64,000 nt of DNA, taken from positions 142,542 to 206,541 of the forward strand of contig CAXRCZ010000004.1 of assembly GCA_964229335.1 (NCBI GenBank), in the 5' to 3' direction. The notes below the pieces were generated by a model. It worked only from the letters and a program-made list of their open reading frames with translations, ran no database searches and was not told where the DNA came from. The DNA comes from Minisyncoccia bacterium (GTDB taxonomy: Bacteria > Patescibacteriota > Minisyncoccia > Phycocordibacterales > UBA918). Both the position numbers and the translations under genes were made by a program. This document shows positions 38,133-47,481 of this stretch, piece after piece (the first letter of the stretch is position 1; each line of letters begins with the position of its first letter).

Positions 38133-39383
38133 ATGCAACTTTCTTTTTCGGACAATGATACTGCGGCACCAGAGATAGTTACTAAAAAACTAAAAAAATT
38201 AAATAGCTATCGCCAGGATGTAGCTGAAATTCAAAAAAAGCGTAAGAAAAGCGCTCCTGAATACGCGTTAGTGCACGCTGCTGATGCAAAACTGAGCAAG
38301 CAAATCCATGAAATTCAACAAGATTTCAAAACAGTAAAACATTTGGTTCTAATTGGCATCGGTGGCTCTAGTTTAGGTACTGAAGCCATTCATCATGTAG
38401 TAGGGGAGAAGGGAGTGCGATTGCATGTAATAGATGAGATTGCACCCTATAAAATTGCTGACACACTAAAAAAACTACGCTCGGTCAAGAAAGTTGAACA
38501 GATAGCCGTTTGTGTGATTAGTAAATCAGGTACCACTACCGAGACTGTCACTAATGCTGCGGTAGTGCTCGAGCAGCTAGCAGATAAGTTTGGCAAGAAC
38601 ATATATAAACAAACTCTCTTTATTGGAGATTCTGGCTCTCCATTACTACGGGTCGGAAAGACCATGGGTGGACGCTGTATCTCAACTACAAAAAATATCG
38701 GCGGTCGCTTTTCTGTCGGAACTGAGACAGCCCTGGTACCGCTCGCTATCTTGGGTCATGACATTGATAGTTTTATAAACGGATTTAGTGACAGCTATAA
38801 TAAGCAATTCGAAGAAATTTCTGCTGCCAGTGCCGCGCGAATTAGTGCATACTTAGAAAGCGAGTATAAACACTACAATTTCTTTGTTTTTGACTCTAGG
38901 CTTGAACCACTCGGTCACTGGTACCGACAATTGTCTGCTGAAAGTTTAGGTAAAGCAAAAAAAATAAATGGTAAAAAACATACCAGTGTAATGGTTCCAG
39001 CTGTAAATACAGCCACCGAACTACATTCAACTGGACAGTTATATATGAGTGGCGTGCCAGCTACCTATACTGATATTGTGACCTTTGACGATGAGTATGA
39101 TTACGAAATACCAGATACCATTGTGGCTAAGAAGTATTCTAGCTTTACCCAAGCTGAAGTTGCGGTCGCTATATATGCCGGGGTGATAAAGACGTATCAG
39201 GAACTAGGTCTGCCATACCGAACTACTGCCTTTACTGAAAATCTAACGTATTCACTTGGCTTATTTATGGGTATGCGTATGCGAGAAATCATGTATATCG
39301 CTAACTTACAAAATATCGATGCGTTCACTCAACCAAATGTAGAAATGTATAAAACCACTACTCGAAAAATACTAAACATATGA
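38133..39383 (+). CDS. pgi: Glucose-6-phosphate isomerase
   Basis: GIGGSSLG, SKSGTTTET, IGGRFSV, ESLGK, LHSTGQ, QPNVE.YK. Confidence 0.88.
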   Translation: MQLSFSDNDTAAPEIVTKKLKKLNSYRQDVAEIQKKRKKSAPEYALVHAADAKLSKQIHEIQQDFKTVKHLVLIGIGGSSLGTEAIHHVVGEKGVRLHVIDEIAPYKIADTLKKLRSVKKVEQIAVCVISKSGTTTETVTNAAVVLEQLADKFGKNIYKQTLFIGDSGSPLLRVGKTMGGRCISTTKNIGGRFSVGTETALVPLAILGHDIDSFINGFSDSYNKQFEEISAASAARISAYLESEYKHYNFFVFDSRLEPLGHWYRQLSAESLGKAKKINGKKHTSVMVPAVNTATELHSTGQLYMSGVPATYTDIVTFDDEYDYEIPDTIVAKKYSSFTQAEVAVAIYAGVIKTYQELGLPYRTTAFTENLTYSLGLFMGMRMREIMYIANLQNIDAFTQPNVEMYKTTTRKILNI

Positions 39384-40231
39384 CGTATATAGTTTTTGAC
39401 ATTGGAGGTACGCATACGCGAGTCGGCGTAAGTTCTTATCTTGCCACATTAGAAAAGGTAAAATCATTCAAAACACCAACGCAATTCAGCGAAGGTATAC
39501 AAAAAATCAAAAAAACAATCGAAGAATTAAGTGAAGACAAACCGGTTGCCATTGCAGGAGGAATCAGAGGTTTGCTTAACGAAGAAAAAACTGGCATCCA
39601 AAACGACGGTATTCTTAGTAAATGGGCGAGTAAGTCCGTAGTGAATGAGTTACAAAGACTCTATGACGTGCCAGTTTTTTTGGAGAATGACGCTGCTATC
39701 GCTGGAGTAGGGGAAGCAACTTTTGGGGCGGGTAAAGGAATGGAGATTGTGGCATACCACACAGTTAGTACTGGGGTAGGAGGGGCAAAAATAGAAGACG
39801 GAGATATTGACCATGTCAGTATGGGATTTGAACCTGGGCACCAATTGATTGACGTAGACAGAACGGTGTTAGGTGAAGATATGATTCCTACTCTTGAAAA
39901 CTTAGTTTCAGGCACTGCTGTTGAAACTAGAACTGGTCACAAGCCGTATGACATACCCCAAAGTGACGTGTTGTGGGATGAACTCGCTGAATATCTAGCA
40001 CAAGGACTCTGTAACACTATTATGTACTGGTCGCCTGATGTGATTGTGCTCGGTGGATCAATGATTTTGGGCGATCCAAAAATAAAAATTGAGGCTATTC
40101 GTAAATATACCGTCGAAGCATTGAATGATTTTCAACCATGTCCGCTTATCACGAACGCTACTTTAGGCGATGAAGCTGGTTTGTATGGAGGGCTAGCAAT
40201 AATATCTAAAAGGCACGTAAATAAAGAGTAA
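39380..40231 (+). CDS. ROK-family sugar kinase (glucokinase-like)
   Basis: DIGGT, LENDA, STGVGGA, EPGH, AGLYGG; overlaps the pgi stop. Confidence 0.88.
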   Translation: MTYIVFDIGGTHTRVGVSSYLATLEKVKSFKTPTQFSEGIQKIKKTIEELSEDKPVAIAGGIRGLLNEEKTGIQNDGILSKWASKSVVNELQRLYDVPVFLENDAAIAGVGEATFGAGKGMEIVAYHTVSTGVGGAKIEDGDIDHVSMGFEPGHQLIDVDRTVLGEDMIPTLENLVSGTAVETRTGHKPYDIPQSDVLWDELAEYLAQGLCNTIMYWSPDVIVLGGSMILGDPKIKIEAIRKYTVEALNDFQPCPLITNATLGDEAGLYGGLAIISKRHVNKE

Positions 40232-40255
40232 CTTAGTTGTAATAAGGCATAATTG

Positions 40256-40345
40256 TTGACAAAATACTTAAAATATGCTATAGTAATAATCTACCGCATT
40301 TCGTGTTATGATTTTGCGGTCATCGGTGTTCCACCGATGTTTGTT
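40256..40345 (+). promoter_or_regulatory. Consensus promoter plus two-hairpin 5' leader
   Basis: TTGACA-17-TATAGT (40256-40284); ACCGCA/TGCGGT hairpin; CATCGGTG-ttc-CACCGATG then TTTGTT. Confidence 0.65.
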
Positions 40346-40375
40346 CGTTAAGACCATTGGCTTATTTTATCGACT

Positions 40376-40843
40376 GTGATTGTAGCCCTGTTTGCGGGAG
40401 CAGCCGTTTCGACGGTTCAGGTTCCAGAAACAGCCTACGGACACATTGCGTTGACAGAAGAGGTAGTGGCCGAGGAACGGGAGTTGGCTGTACATCGTGC
40501 AGCAAACACTCCTTCTAAACATTCGGTTCAGAACACAGAAGCCATTGTACGATCTTACTTCGATGACATTCCAGTCATGATTGAGATTGCACGGTGTGAA
40601 TCTACTTTCCGTCATACATTAGGTGACGGCTCGATCCTTCGGGGTCGAGTCGATGCAGCAGACACTGGGGTGATGCAAATTAACTTGCGTTACCACAGCA
40701 AGTCAGCTACCGCAATGAACTTGAACCTAGAAAATATCTACGACAACATGGCTTACGCACGCCACTTGTATGAGACCCAAGGGACTCAGCCATGGAGTGC
40801 ATCATCTCCATGTTGGAATAGACAATTAGCTTCAAACATCTAA
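40376..40843 (+). CDS. Exported lysozyme-like / lytic transglycosylase (SLT/Rpf-like) protein
   Basis: IARCES, DTGVMQIN, YA..LYETQGTQPW...CW; start codon uncertain. Confidence 0.75.
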   Translation: MIVALFAGAAVSTVQVPETAYGHIALTEEVVAEERELAVHRAANTPSKHSVQNTEAIVRSYFDDIPVMIEIARCESTFRHTLGDGSILRGRVDAADTGVMQINLRYHSKSATAMNLNLENIYDNMAYARHLYETQGTQPWSASSPCWNRQLASNI

Positions 40844-40844
40844 G

Positions 40845-40875
40845 CAAAAAGAGCGGCCTTCGGCCGCTCTTTTTG
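40845..40875 (+). terminator. Intrinsic terminator (UUCG loop)
   Basis: CAAAAAGAGCGGC-C-TTCG-GCCGCTCTTTTTG. Confidence 0.85.
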
Positions 40876-40911
40876 TTATACTGTTTTACAGTACTAATAA
40901 TAATATTTTTT

Positions 40912-41220
40912 ATGGAAACACCAAAACAACCCTATACTAAAGAAAATAGTATTGAGTGGTACAAGCCCATTGATAGAATAAACTTTACAGACCATATAGT
41001 TGATCAAATTAGTAAACTTTCTCCTGAAAAAAGTGAAAAATTCAAAGAGATTATTACTAATGGTGAAGATGTAAATTTGAGAGATGTTGTGCTAATACTC
41101 GTATCGGAAGGTTATCAAGATGAATTACCCGCCATAGTAGAGAATTTTGAAAACGCTGAGGATGGTTCTGAAGAGGAGAATCAGACTATAGAAAGAGTTC
41201 GTGAAATGATTAATTTCTAG
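40912..41220 (+). CDS. Hypothetical acidic protein
   Basis: ORF from the ATG at 40912; TGnTATACT upstream. Confidence 0.55.
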   Translation: METPKQPYTKENSIEWYKPIDRINFTDHIVDQISKLSPEKSEKFKEIITNGEDVNLRDVVLILVSEGYQDELPAIVENFENAEDGSEEENQTIERVREMINF

Positions 41221-41278
41221 CCTACCTAGACAGTAAAAAAGCGGCACCAAGCCGCTTTTTTACTTGGTAGATAAGATC

Positions 41279-41698
41279 CTAGTTTTCTTCTTCGTTCCCA
41301 GTGACATTGGTGCCACCTGGACCAAAAGCCAGGACATATAGTAGACCTCCAACGATAGCAAGGTTTTTAAGTGCTGCCGTCATTTGCATCTGGTCAGTGA
41401 AATCCATGTGTGCAATGAGAGTTGCAATTAAAGTAAAGAGGATTAAAGCTGCTGCAGCTGGGGCAATAAATCGTCCGATAATTAACGCACCACCACCAAT
41501 AATTTTTACAGCCAGTACTAGTACTGCGGCTAAGTAAGGGAAGGGTAATCCGTACATCATCATCATTTCACCTACACCAACTATTCCTTGTGTAAGTAAC
41601 ATAGCCAGTCCTGATACAAAAAATAGTAAGCCCAACAAAGCTCGGCCTAGTTTTGAACCTTTGGTGCGAATCAGTTCAATATGAGAGTCGCGAAACAT
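41279..41698 (-). CDS. DoxX-family membrane protein
   Basis: GRALLGLLFFVSG, ATLIAH.F, KNLAIVGGLL. Confidence 0.88.
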   Translation of the reverse strand: MFRDSHIELIRTKGSKLGRALLGLLFFVSGLAMLLTQGIVGVGEMMMMYGLPFPYLAAVLVLAVKIIGGGALIIGRFIAPAAAALILFTLIATLIAHMDFTDQMQMTAALKNLAIVGGLLYVLAFGPGGTNVTGNEEEN

Positions 41699-41768
41699 AA
41701 ATACATCTATTTAATTATTGATAACTATCAGAATTATAGCAATTTAATAAGGTATACTGAACAATATT

Positions 41769-42227
41769 ATGCAGTACTGGCTACTCAAGAATGAACCTGA
41801 ATGCTATAGCATAAAAGACTTAAAAAATGACAAAACCACCGACTGGACTGGGGTAAGGAACTATCAGGCCAGAAATTTTATGTGTGACATGAAAGTGGGT
41901 GATAAAGCTCTTTTTTATCATTCTAAAGCTGGAGATGAAACTGGGGTAGTGGGGGAGATGAAGGTTTCAAGACCTGCCTTTCCTGACCCGACTCAGTTTG
42001 ATAAAAAAAGTGAGTATTACGACAGTAAAGCTACAAAAGCAGAGCCACGTTGGTGGTGTGTAGAAGTAAAATATGTAAGCGAACTACCACGATTAGTCAG
42101 TCTGAAAGAACTCAAAAATGATCCTACGTTCTCCAACATGACGGTGGTCAAAAAAGGGAATCGCTTATCAATAATGCCAGTCAGCAAGGAGCACTACGAT
42201 AGCATAGTGAGTCTGAGTAAAGAGTAG
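41769..42227 (+). CDS. EVE domain protein
   Basis: YWLLKNEP, WTGVRNYQARNF, FYHS, RLSIMPV. Confidence 0.93.
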   Translation: MQYWLLKNEPECYSIKDLKNDKTTDWTGVRNYQARNFMCDMKVGDKALFYHSKAGDETGVVGEMKVSRPAFPDPTQFDKKSEYYDSKATKAEPRWWCVEVKYVSELPRLVSLKELKNDPTFSNMTVVKKGNRLSIMPVSKEHYDSIVSLSKE

Positions 42228-42228
42228 T

Positions 42229-43437
42229 ATGAACGGAAAAGTAAAAGAAATTATCAAGTATCCGCATAAGCGTTTGACTAAGCAAGAAAGAGGATTTATC
42301 CGCCTATTTATTTCGAAGAGATTGTTACAGGGCGCTGCAATGGCGATTTTGGGTATTTTTGTGCCGATATTCATCTATGAAAATACCGGCATGCAGTTTT
42401 ATATTGTTGGTCTCTACTACGCTTTTCTTTCTATTAGTTATGTAGTGTTATTACCGCCAGCAATGAAGATTACAAATCGACTAGGTTTTAGTCACACGTT
42501 AGTGCTCGGTGGTATTTTCTACATTCTTACCTACAGTCTTATGTACTTGGCAGCTGAGCAAAGTCTATGGATTTACTTACCTTTTTTAACGATGGCTATT
42601 ATTGGCCTCCGACTTTTCCATTGGGTGCCGTATCACGTTGATTTTGCTTTATTTACGAGTAAGGGAGCGCGAGGTAGACAACTGAGTCTGTCGATGGCTA
42701 CAATTGCTTTTATGGGTGTGATTGGCCCAATTTTGGCTGGATTTATCATCTCTGAGGCAGGGTACGACGCGCTGTTTGCCACTGCTGTAGCACTCTTGGT
42801 TGCAGCAACCATTTCCTACGCGTACGTGCCCGAAACTCGGACAAAATTTACATGGACAGCGAGGCAGACCTGGAAGAAGCTATTCTCCCGTGATAATAGG
42901 GGTATTATGGTGGGAGAGTTTGCTAATGGAGCTGAAACAGCAGTGAACCTTATTGTGTGGCCAATCTTTCTATATGTCATATTAGATGGAGATGTATTTG
43001 AGATTGGTGCAGTATCTACATTTGTAGTTGGTGCAACTATCATTTTGCAGCTATTACTTGGTAAATATTTGGACTCACCATTACATTCGAAAGAAAAAAC
43101 ATTACGAGCGGGAAGCGCTCTATACGCTCTTGGTTGGATATTTAAGATATTTGTACTATCTACGGCACAAGTATTTTTTGTCGGTTTATATCACAATATC
43201 GTTAAGATTTTTACCTCAACACCGTTCGGCACCATCATTTATGACACCACTGCAGAACAGGGTCGTTATGCCGATGAATTCACCGTTATTAGGGAAATGT
43301 CTCAGCACTCTGGTCGAGCTCTCAGTTTAATCATTATTGCTGGGCTGTCGTTATTAATCCCAATTGAATGGACTTTTATTATTGCTGCCGTGGCTTCAAT
43401 TGCTCTTAATGCAGTGTATCGAGTACACCACTCATAA
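42229..43437 (+). CDS. MFS transporter
   Basis: About 12 hydrophobic segments; GPILAGFI. Confidence 0.8.
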   Translation: MNGKVKEIIKYPHKRLTKQERGFIRLFISKRLLQGAAMAILGIFVPIFIYENTGMQFYIVGLYYAFLSISYVVLLPPAMKITNRLGFSHTLVLGGIFYILTYSLMYLAAEQSLWIYLPFLTMAIIGLRLFHWVPYHVDFALFTSKGARGRQLSLSMATIAFMGVIGPILAGFIISEAGYDALFATAVALLVAATISYAYVPETRTKFTWTARQTWKKLFSRDNRGIMVGEFANGAETAVNLIVWPIFLYVILDGDVFEIGAVSTFVVGATIILQLLLGKYLDSPLHSKEKTLRAGSALYALGWIFKIFVLSTAQVFFVGLYHNIVKIFTSTPFGTIIYDTTAEQGRYADEFTVIREMSQHSGRALSLIIIAGLSLLIPIEWTFIIAAVASIALNAVYRVHHS

Positions 43438-43955
43438 TGGGCACTACAAGACTTACACTTTGTTTTATTCAAGAGCCTGAGCGCATTTTGCTGGCTATGA
43501 AAAAACGTGGGTTCGGTGCGGGCCGGTACAACGGATATGGAGGCAAAATTAAGAATAGTGAGTCTATTGAAGAATCAGCAAAGCGAGAAATTTTAGAAGA
43601 ATCCGGTATCAAAGCCGAGGTTTTAAAAAAACAGGCCATTCTCATTTTTACTAGTACAGAGCGACCCGATGAAATTCTCGAGACACATGTCTATAGAATA
43701 GTTCAGTACACCGGAGAACCAGTTGAGACTGAAGAAATGAAGCCAGACTGGTTTACGACCACAGACATACCGTATTCCAGTATGTGGCCAGATGATGAGT
43801 ATTGGCTACCCCTTTTTCTCGATGAAAAACACTTCATCGGACATTTTCACTTCGGTAAAGATGATCAAGTAATTGAGAAAAATGTAGAAGAAATGTCAGC
43901 TGATGAATTTTTACATCGAGTAGGGGAGTACGCCAGCAAAAGAATCGATTACTGA
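43437..43955 (+). CDS. Nudix hydrolase, MTH1/MutT-like 8-oxo-dGTPase
   Basis: KKRGFGAG.YNG.GGK, AKREILEESG, MWPDD.YWLP. Confidence 0.9.
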   Translation: MGTTRLTLCFIQEPERILLAMKKRGFGAGRYNGYGGKIKNSESIEESAKREILEESGIKAEVLKKQAILIFTSTERPDEILETHVYRIVQYTGEPVETEEMKPDWFTTTDIPYSSMWPDDEYWLPLFLDEKHFIGHFHFGKDDQVIEKNVEEMSADEFLHRVGEYASKRIDY

Positions 43956-44110
43956 TATAAACTGCACGAAAGGTAGGTTGGTGACGGACGATAGAAGGAG
44001 TGGTGGGGTGGAGTAGTAACGCTAATAGTTTTTATAGAAAGTAACTTGTGTCTAACCACTATTTCTTATTCGTAATTGCTGGAGGGGACTGTATATATAA
44101 ATATTTCCTA

Positions 44111-44138
44111 ATGTCGCACAATATATCTTTTGCGACAT
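44111..44138. other. Putative dif (Xer recombination) site at the replication terminus
   Basis: ATGTCGCACAA-TATATC-TTTTGCGACAT: 11-6-11 with 10/11 inverted arms; lies in a ~760-bp intergenic gap where gene orientation switches from + to -. Confidence 0.75.
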
Positions 44139-44468
44139 ATAATAAAAAGCCACTGTATACATACTATATCGTAACCAATAACTTAATCATAAAGAATACA
44201 AGAGCTTAGTGTCTTAAGTGATGCGACTACTGATACCTAAATTGATAGCTAGACGCCTTAAAATCGATTCTATGGCTTTGTATATTAATGATGGGAACAT
44301 GCTTATAGACATCTAAATTATCTTGGAGTAATAAAGTTAAAATATTAAAAATGGTTAGAAGAATGTGAAATATAAAATATCGAAATTTAAATTAGTATTG
44401 AAGTGCAAAATCACTTCTCTATTAATTAGTCCTCCACACTCACCTAGCCAGTCTTATAATTGGTAAAA

Positions 44469-44496
44469 AATTAATTATATATTTAATTATATAATT
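44469..44496. repeat. 28-bp AT-only repeat, copy 2 (overlaps 30-bp palindrome 44476-44505)
   Basis: Identical to 18505-18532. Confidence 0.85.
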
Positions 44497-44719
44497 AAAT
44501 ATATATATTCCACTCAGACTTCTCTTCCCTCACTAGCCCGCTCACAATTTACAATTTTGAAACATATATAGAATTTGTCAAATAGCCCAGAAGCCCGCTC
44601 TTTTGAGCGGGCTTCCATTCGGGTAAGTTCCTACGATGCACAGCATCGCACTTACATAATAGCTTGTTTTTTATAGGGTATCCACTGCTTATCCCCGGCT
44701 TTTCCCCAGTCAGTCAGCT

Positions 44720-46027
44720 CTAATATGCAGGAAGGTACAACATTGGGTCGATATAAGCTTCAGTGGCGGCTACTGGGGTCGTGGCAGCGCCACAGCTAGT
44801 GACAGTTTTGATTTGATTGAATTGACGAACTGACACACCCTCTTTAGCGTACACAGTAAAGTGTAAGTGAGGTCCAGTAGAAAATCCAGTGTTACCAACA
44901 TAACCAATAATCTCACCAGTGCTCACCTTTTGTCCGGGAGATACACCAATAACGTCTTGGTGAGCATATAGTGTAGTAAGTCCGTTGGCATGATCAATCA
45001 GTGTCCACTTACCCCATGAATAGCAGCCTGGCACAGCGTCTGTATTACCAGTTGCTCTTACCGTACCTGAAAGCGGAGCGTAGATTGGTGTGCCACGAGG
45101 GGCTCCAAAGTCCACACCAGGGTGATGGGCTCGACCGCCGTAGGCAGCTGCGTTGCGAGCCGCAAATTCTGTACCCCCAAAGTATTGAGTAATGATGATA
45201 CTTTTTAGCGGCCATGCAAACACCGCTGTACCAGCTGTAGGTACAGTACTAGGGTCAAGAATAAATTGTAGTTCTGATTCAAACGCTCGAAGCTCTTTAA
45301 GAATTTGTTCACGAGCAGCTTCTTTTTCAGCAAGAAGTTGCTGGTAAGTACGCTCTTCGTTTTTGGTAGCATTCAATAGCTCTGTTTGTTCTGCTCGGTT
45401 GTTAAGTAAAACCTCGTTTTGTTCACTGTACTGATCGCGTAGACTACTCAACTCCCCTCTTTTCTCAACGTTAGTATTTTGTTTCTCCTCCATTAGTGTC
45501 TTATAAGAGTCTAGTTCTAATACTTTTTGGGCTAGGTTACCGCGGACATTTTCGTGGGCATCATACGTACTCCAAAAGGCAGATAAATTATCTTCACTAA
45601 GTAGCAGTTCAATGAGAGAGTTGTCGCTTATTTTGTATTCAGCTCGAATAATCGCTGCAATGGCTGATTCAACAGTGTCAATATCCTCTTCAGTGGCGTC
45701 TATCTCGAGCAAAAGTTTACTGATTTGGAGGTCGGTGGAGGCAATTAAGTTTTCTGTTCTAGATATTTCAGCAGTAATCTTTTTTCTTTCGGTCTCCAAC
45801 CTATTAATGGCTGCTTGTAGTGTTTGCTTTTCAGCGCCAACTTCCTGTAGCTGTGCTTCATACTGGGCTATCTCAGCTTGAATTTGATCTAGCCGAGAAT
45901 TACGATCTTCAATTTGGTTTTGAAGCTTTTCGATTTCTGATTGTGCGCCGACTGGAGTAGGTAGCAGAAAAACACTCTGCGGTACCAGAAGTCCGATAAT
46001 AAAGGCTACGAACAATCGCTTCTTCAT
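44720..46027 (-). CDS. Coiled-coil M23 peptidase (EnvC/CwlO-like architecture)
   Basis: Signal peptide, long coiled coil, HPGVDF, YAH, GFSTGPHLHF. Confidence 0.9.
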   Translation of the reverse strand: MKKRLFVAFIIGLLVPQSVFLLPTPVGAQSEIEKLQNQIEDRNSRLDQIQAEIAQYEAQLQEVGAEKQTLQAAINRLETERKKITAEISRTENLIASTDLQISKLLLEIDATEEDIDTVESAIAAIIRAEYKISDNSLIELLLSEDNLSAFWSTYDAHENVRGNLAQKVLELDSYKTLMEEKQNTNVEKRGELSSLRDQYSEQNEVLLNNRAEQTELLNATKNEERTYQQLLAEKEAAREQILKELRAFESELQFILDPSTVPTAGTAVFAWPLKSIIITQYFGGTEFAARNAAAYGGRAHHPGVDFGAPRGTPIYAPLSGTVRATGNTDAVPGCYSWGKWTLIDHANGLTTLYAHQDVIGVSPGQKVSTGEIIGYVGNTGFSTGPHLHFTVYAKEGVSVRQFNQIKTVTSCGAATTPVAATEAYIDPMLYLPAY

Positions 46028-47481
46028 TACGCATCTATTTTAGCACAAGCTTTTTCAATGCGTCCAAGGGTTTCTTCCCGCCCTAATATATAAGCTAAGG
46101 TAAAGGGATCGATTGATTTTTCTCTTCCACTGAGCGCTGTTCTCATTGGCCAGAGCACTTCTCCCCTACCCAACTCTTCTGTTAAGGGCCAAACAGTATT
46201 TTTGATTGATTCAGGAGTTGTGAAGTCTGACGTGGTAAGTAATTCTACTAGTGCGTTGAATCTGTCTTTATACTGATCAAAAGATGAGTCATTTTTCCAA
46301 AGCAATAAAGAAGCTTCATAGCTAGGCATAGTAAATATGTAGTCGTACTCCCCTGCCTCAATCGCTGTAACGATATCTTTTTTATGATTTGCTCTTTCGA
46401 GGAGACTCGGGCAAAGTCGTTCGATTTTGTCAGAGTCGTCCATAGTGTTCGCAAGCTTGGTGTCTTTAAGTGCTTGGCTTACATACTCTTTTTTTTCTTG
46501 TGAAGACAGCTTAAGTAAGTGCTGTTTGTTAATCCAATCCAATTTTTCTTCATTGAAGCCACCACCTGATTTTTGGATTTTTTCAATTGAGAACTGCTCC
46601 ACTAGTTCTGTTGGTGTAAATATTTCCTTATCAGTACCCGGGTTCCAGCCAATTAAAGCAAGAAAATTAATCATTGCCTCTGGTAAGTACCCTTCTTTTT
46701 TGTAGTCCAAAATGTCCTTTGCACCATCTCGCTTACTCAATTTTTTCTTGCCGTCAGGTGCCATGATTGGTGGCAGGGTGACAAATACCGGCGGTTGAAT
46801 ATCGAGTGCTTCATAGAGGCTGAGATATTTTGGGGTGCTAGAAATAAATTCTTCTCCGCGCATTACGTGGGTGACTCCCATCTCAAGGTCGTCAATAATG
46901 TGAGCAAAATTGTAGGTTGGATACCCGTCAGCCTTAAGAATAATAAAGTCATCTAGCATTTCTTCCCCCGCTGTTAATTCACCTCGAACAGCGTCTTGCC
47001 AGGTATAACGTTTAATTTCTGGCACTTTAAAACGTAACGGCTGAGTACCGTCCCACTCACTGGTTTTTTGAGGCCTATGGTTTCGGTAAAGAAAAGGTTT
47101 GTTTTTGCCTACAGCTTCTCCTCTAAACTTTTCTACCTCGCTCTCTCTGTAGGGGTCTGGATACGCATAGCCATTTTTAAGTAATTCCAAAGCATACCCC
47201 TTGTAAATTTCTAGCCGCTCAGATTGGATACAGCTTCCAAAAGAGCTCTCTTTGTCAGGACCATAATCCCACTCTAGCCCAAGCCACTGCAGTGACTCCA
47301 TGGTGTGGGAAATAGCCTGTTCGACTTCTCGCTTTTTGTCAGTATCTTCAATTCGTAGAATAAAATCACCTTGGTTTTTTCTAGCCCAAAGCCAAGCATA
47401 CAAAGCTGTTCTTACACCTCCAACGTGCTGAAATCCAGTTGGTGATGGAGCGTATCTTGTAACTACAGTTTTTTTATTCAT
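46027..47481 (-). CDS. gltX: Glutamate--tRNA ligase
   Basis: RYAPSPTG.QHVGG, LRIEDTD, PTYNFA..IDD, KLSKR. Confidence 0.95.
   Translation of the reverse strand: MNKKTVVTRYAPSPTGFQHVGGVRTALYAWLWARKNQGDFILRIEDTDKKREVEQAISHTMESLQWLGLEWDYGPDKESSFGSCIQSERLEIYKGYALELLKNGYAYPDPYRESEVEKFRGEAVGKNKPFLYRNHRPQKTSEWDGTQPLRFKVPEIKRYTWQDAVRGELTAGEEMLDDFIILKADGYPTYNFAHIIDDLEMGVTHVMRGEEFISSTPKYLSLYEALDIQPPVFVTLPPIMAPDGKKKLSKRDGAKDILDYKKEGYLPEAMINFLALIGWNPGTDKEIFTPTELVEQFSIEKIQKSGGGFNEEKLDWINKQHLLKLSSQEKKEYVSQALKDTKLANTMDDSDKIERLCPSLLERANHKKDIVTAIEAGEYDYIFTMPSYEASLLLWKNDSSFDQYKDRFNALVELLTTSDFTTPESIKNTVWPLTEELGRGEVLWPMRTALSGREKSIDPFTLAYILGREETLGRIEKACAKIDA

Noticed and set aside
43995-44450. G-rich words left of dif and C-rich words right of it as KOPS-like motifs
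   Set aside because: No exact GGGNAGGG match and too few instances to define a motif by eye
43956-44719. Replication origin (AT-rich gap with DnaA-like boxes)
   Set aside because: Genes converge rather than diverge here, no dnaA/dnaN is nearby, and a dif-like site is present
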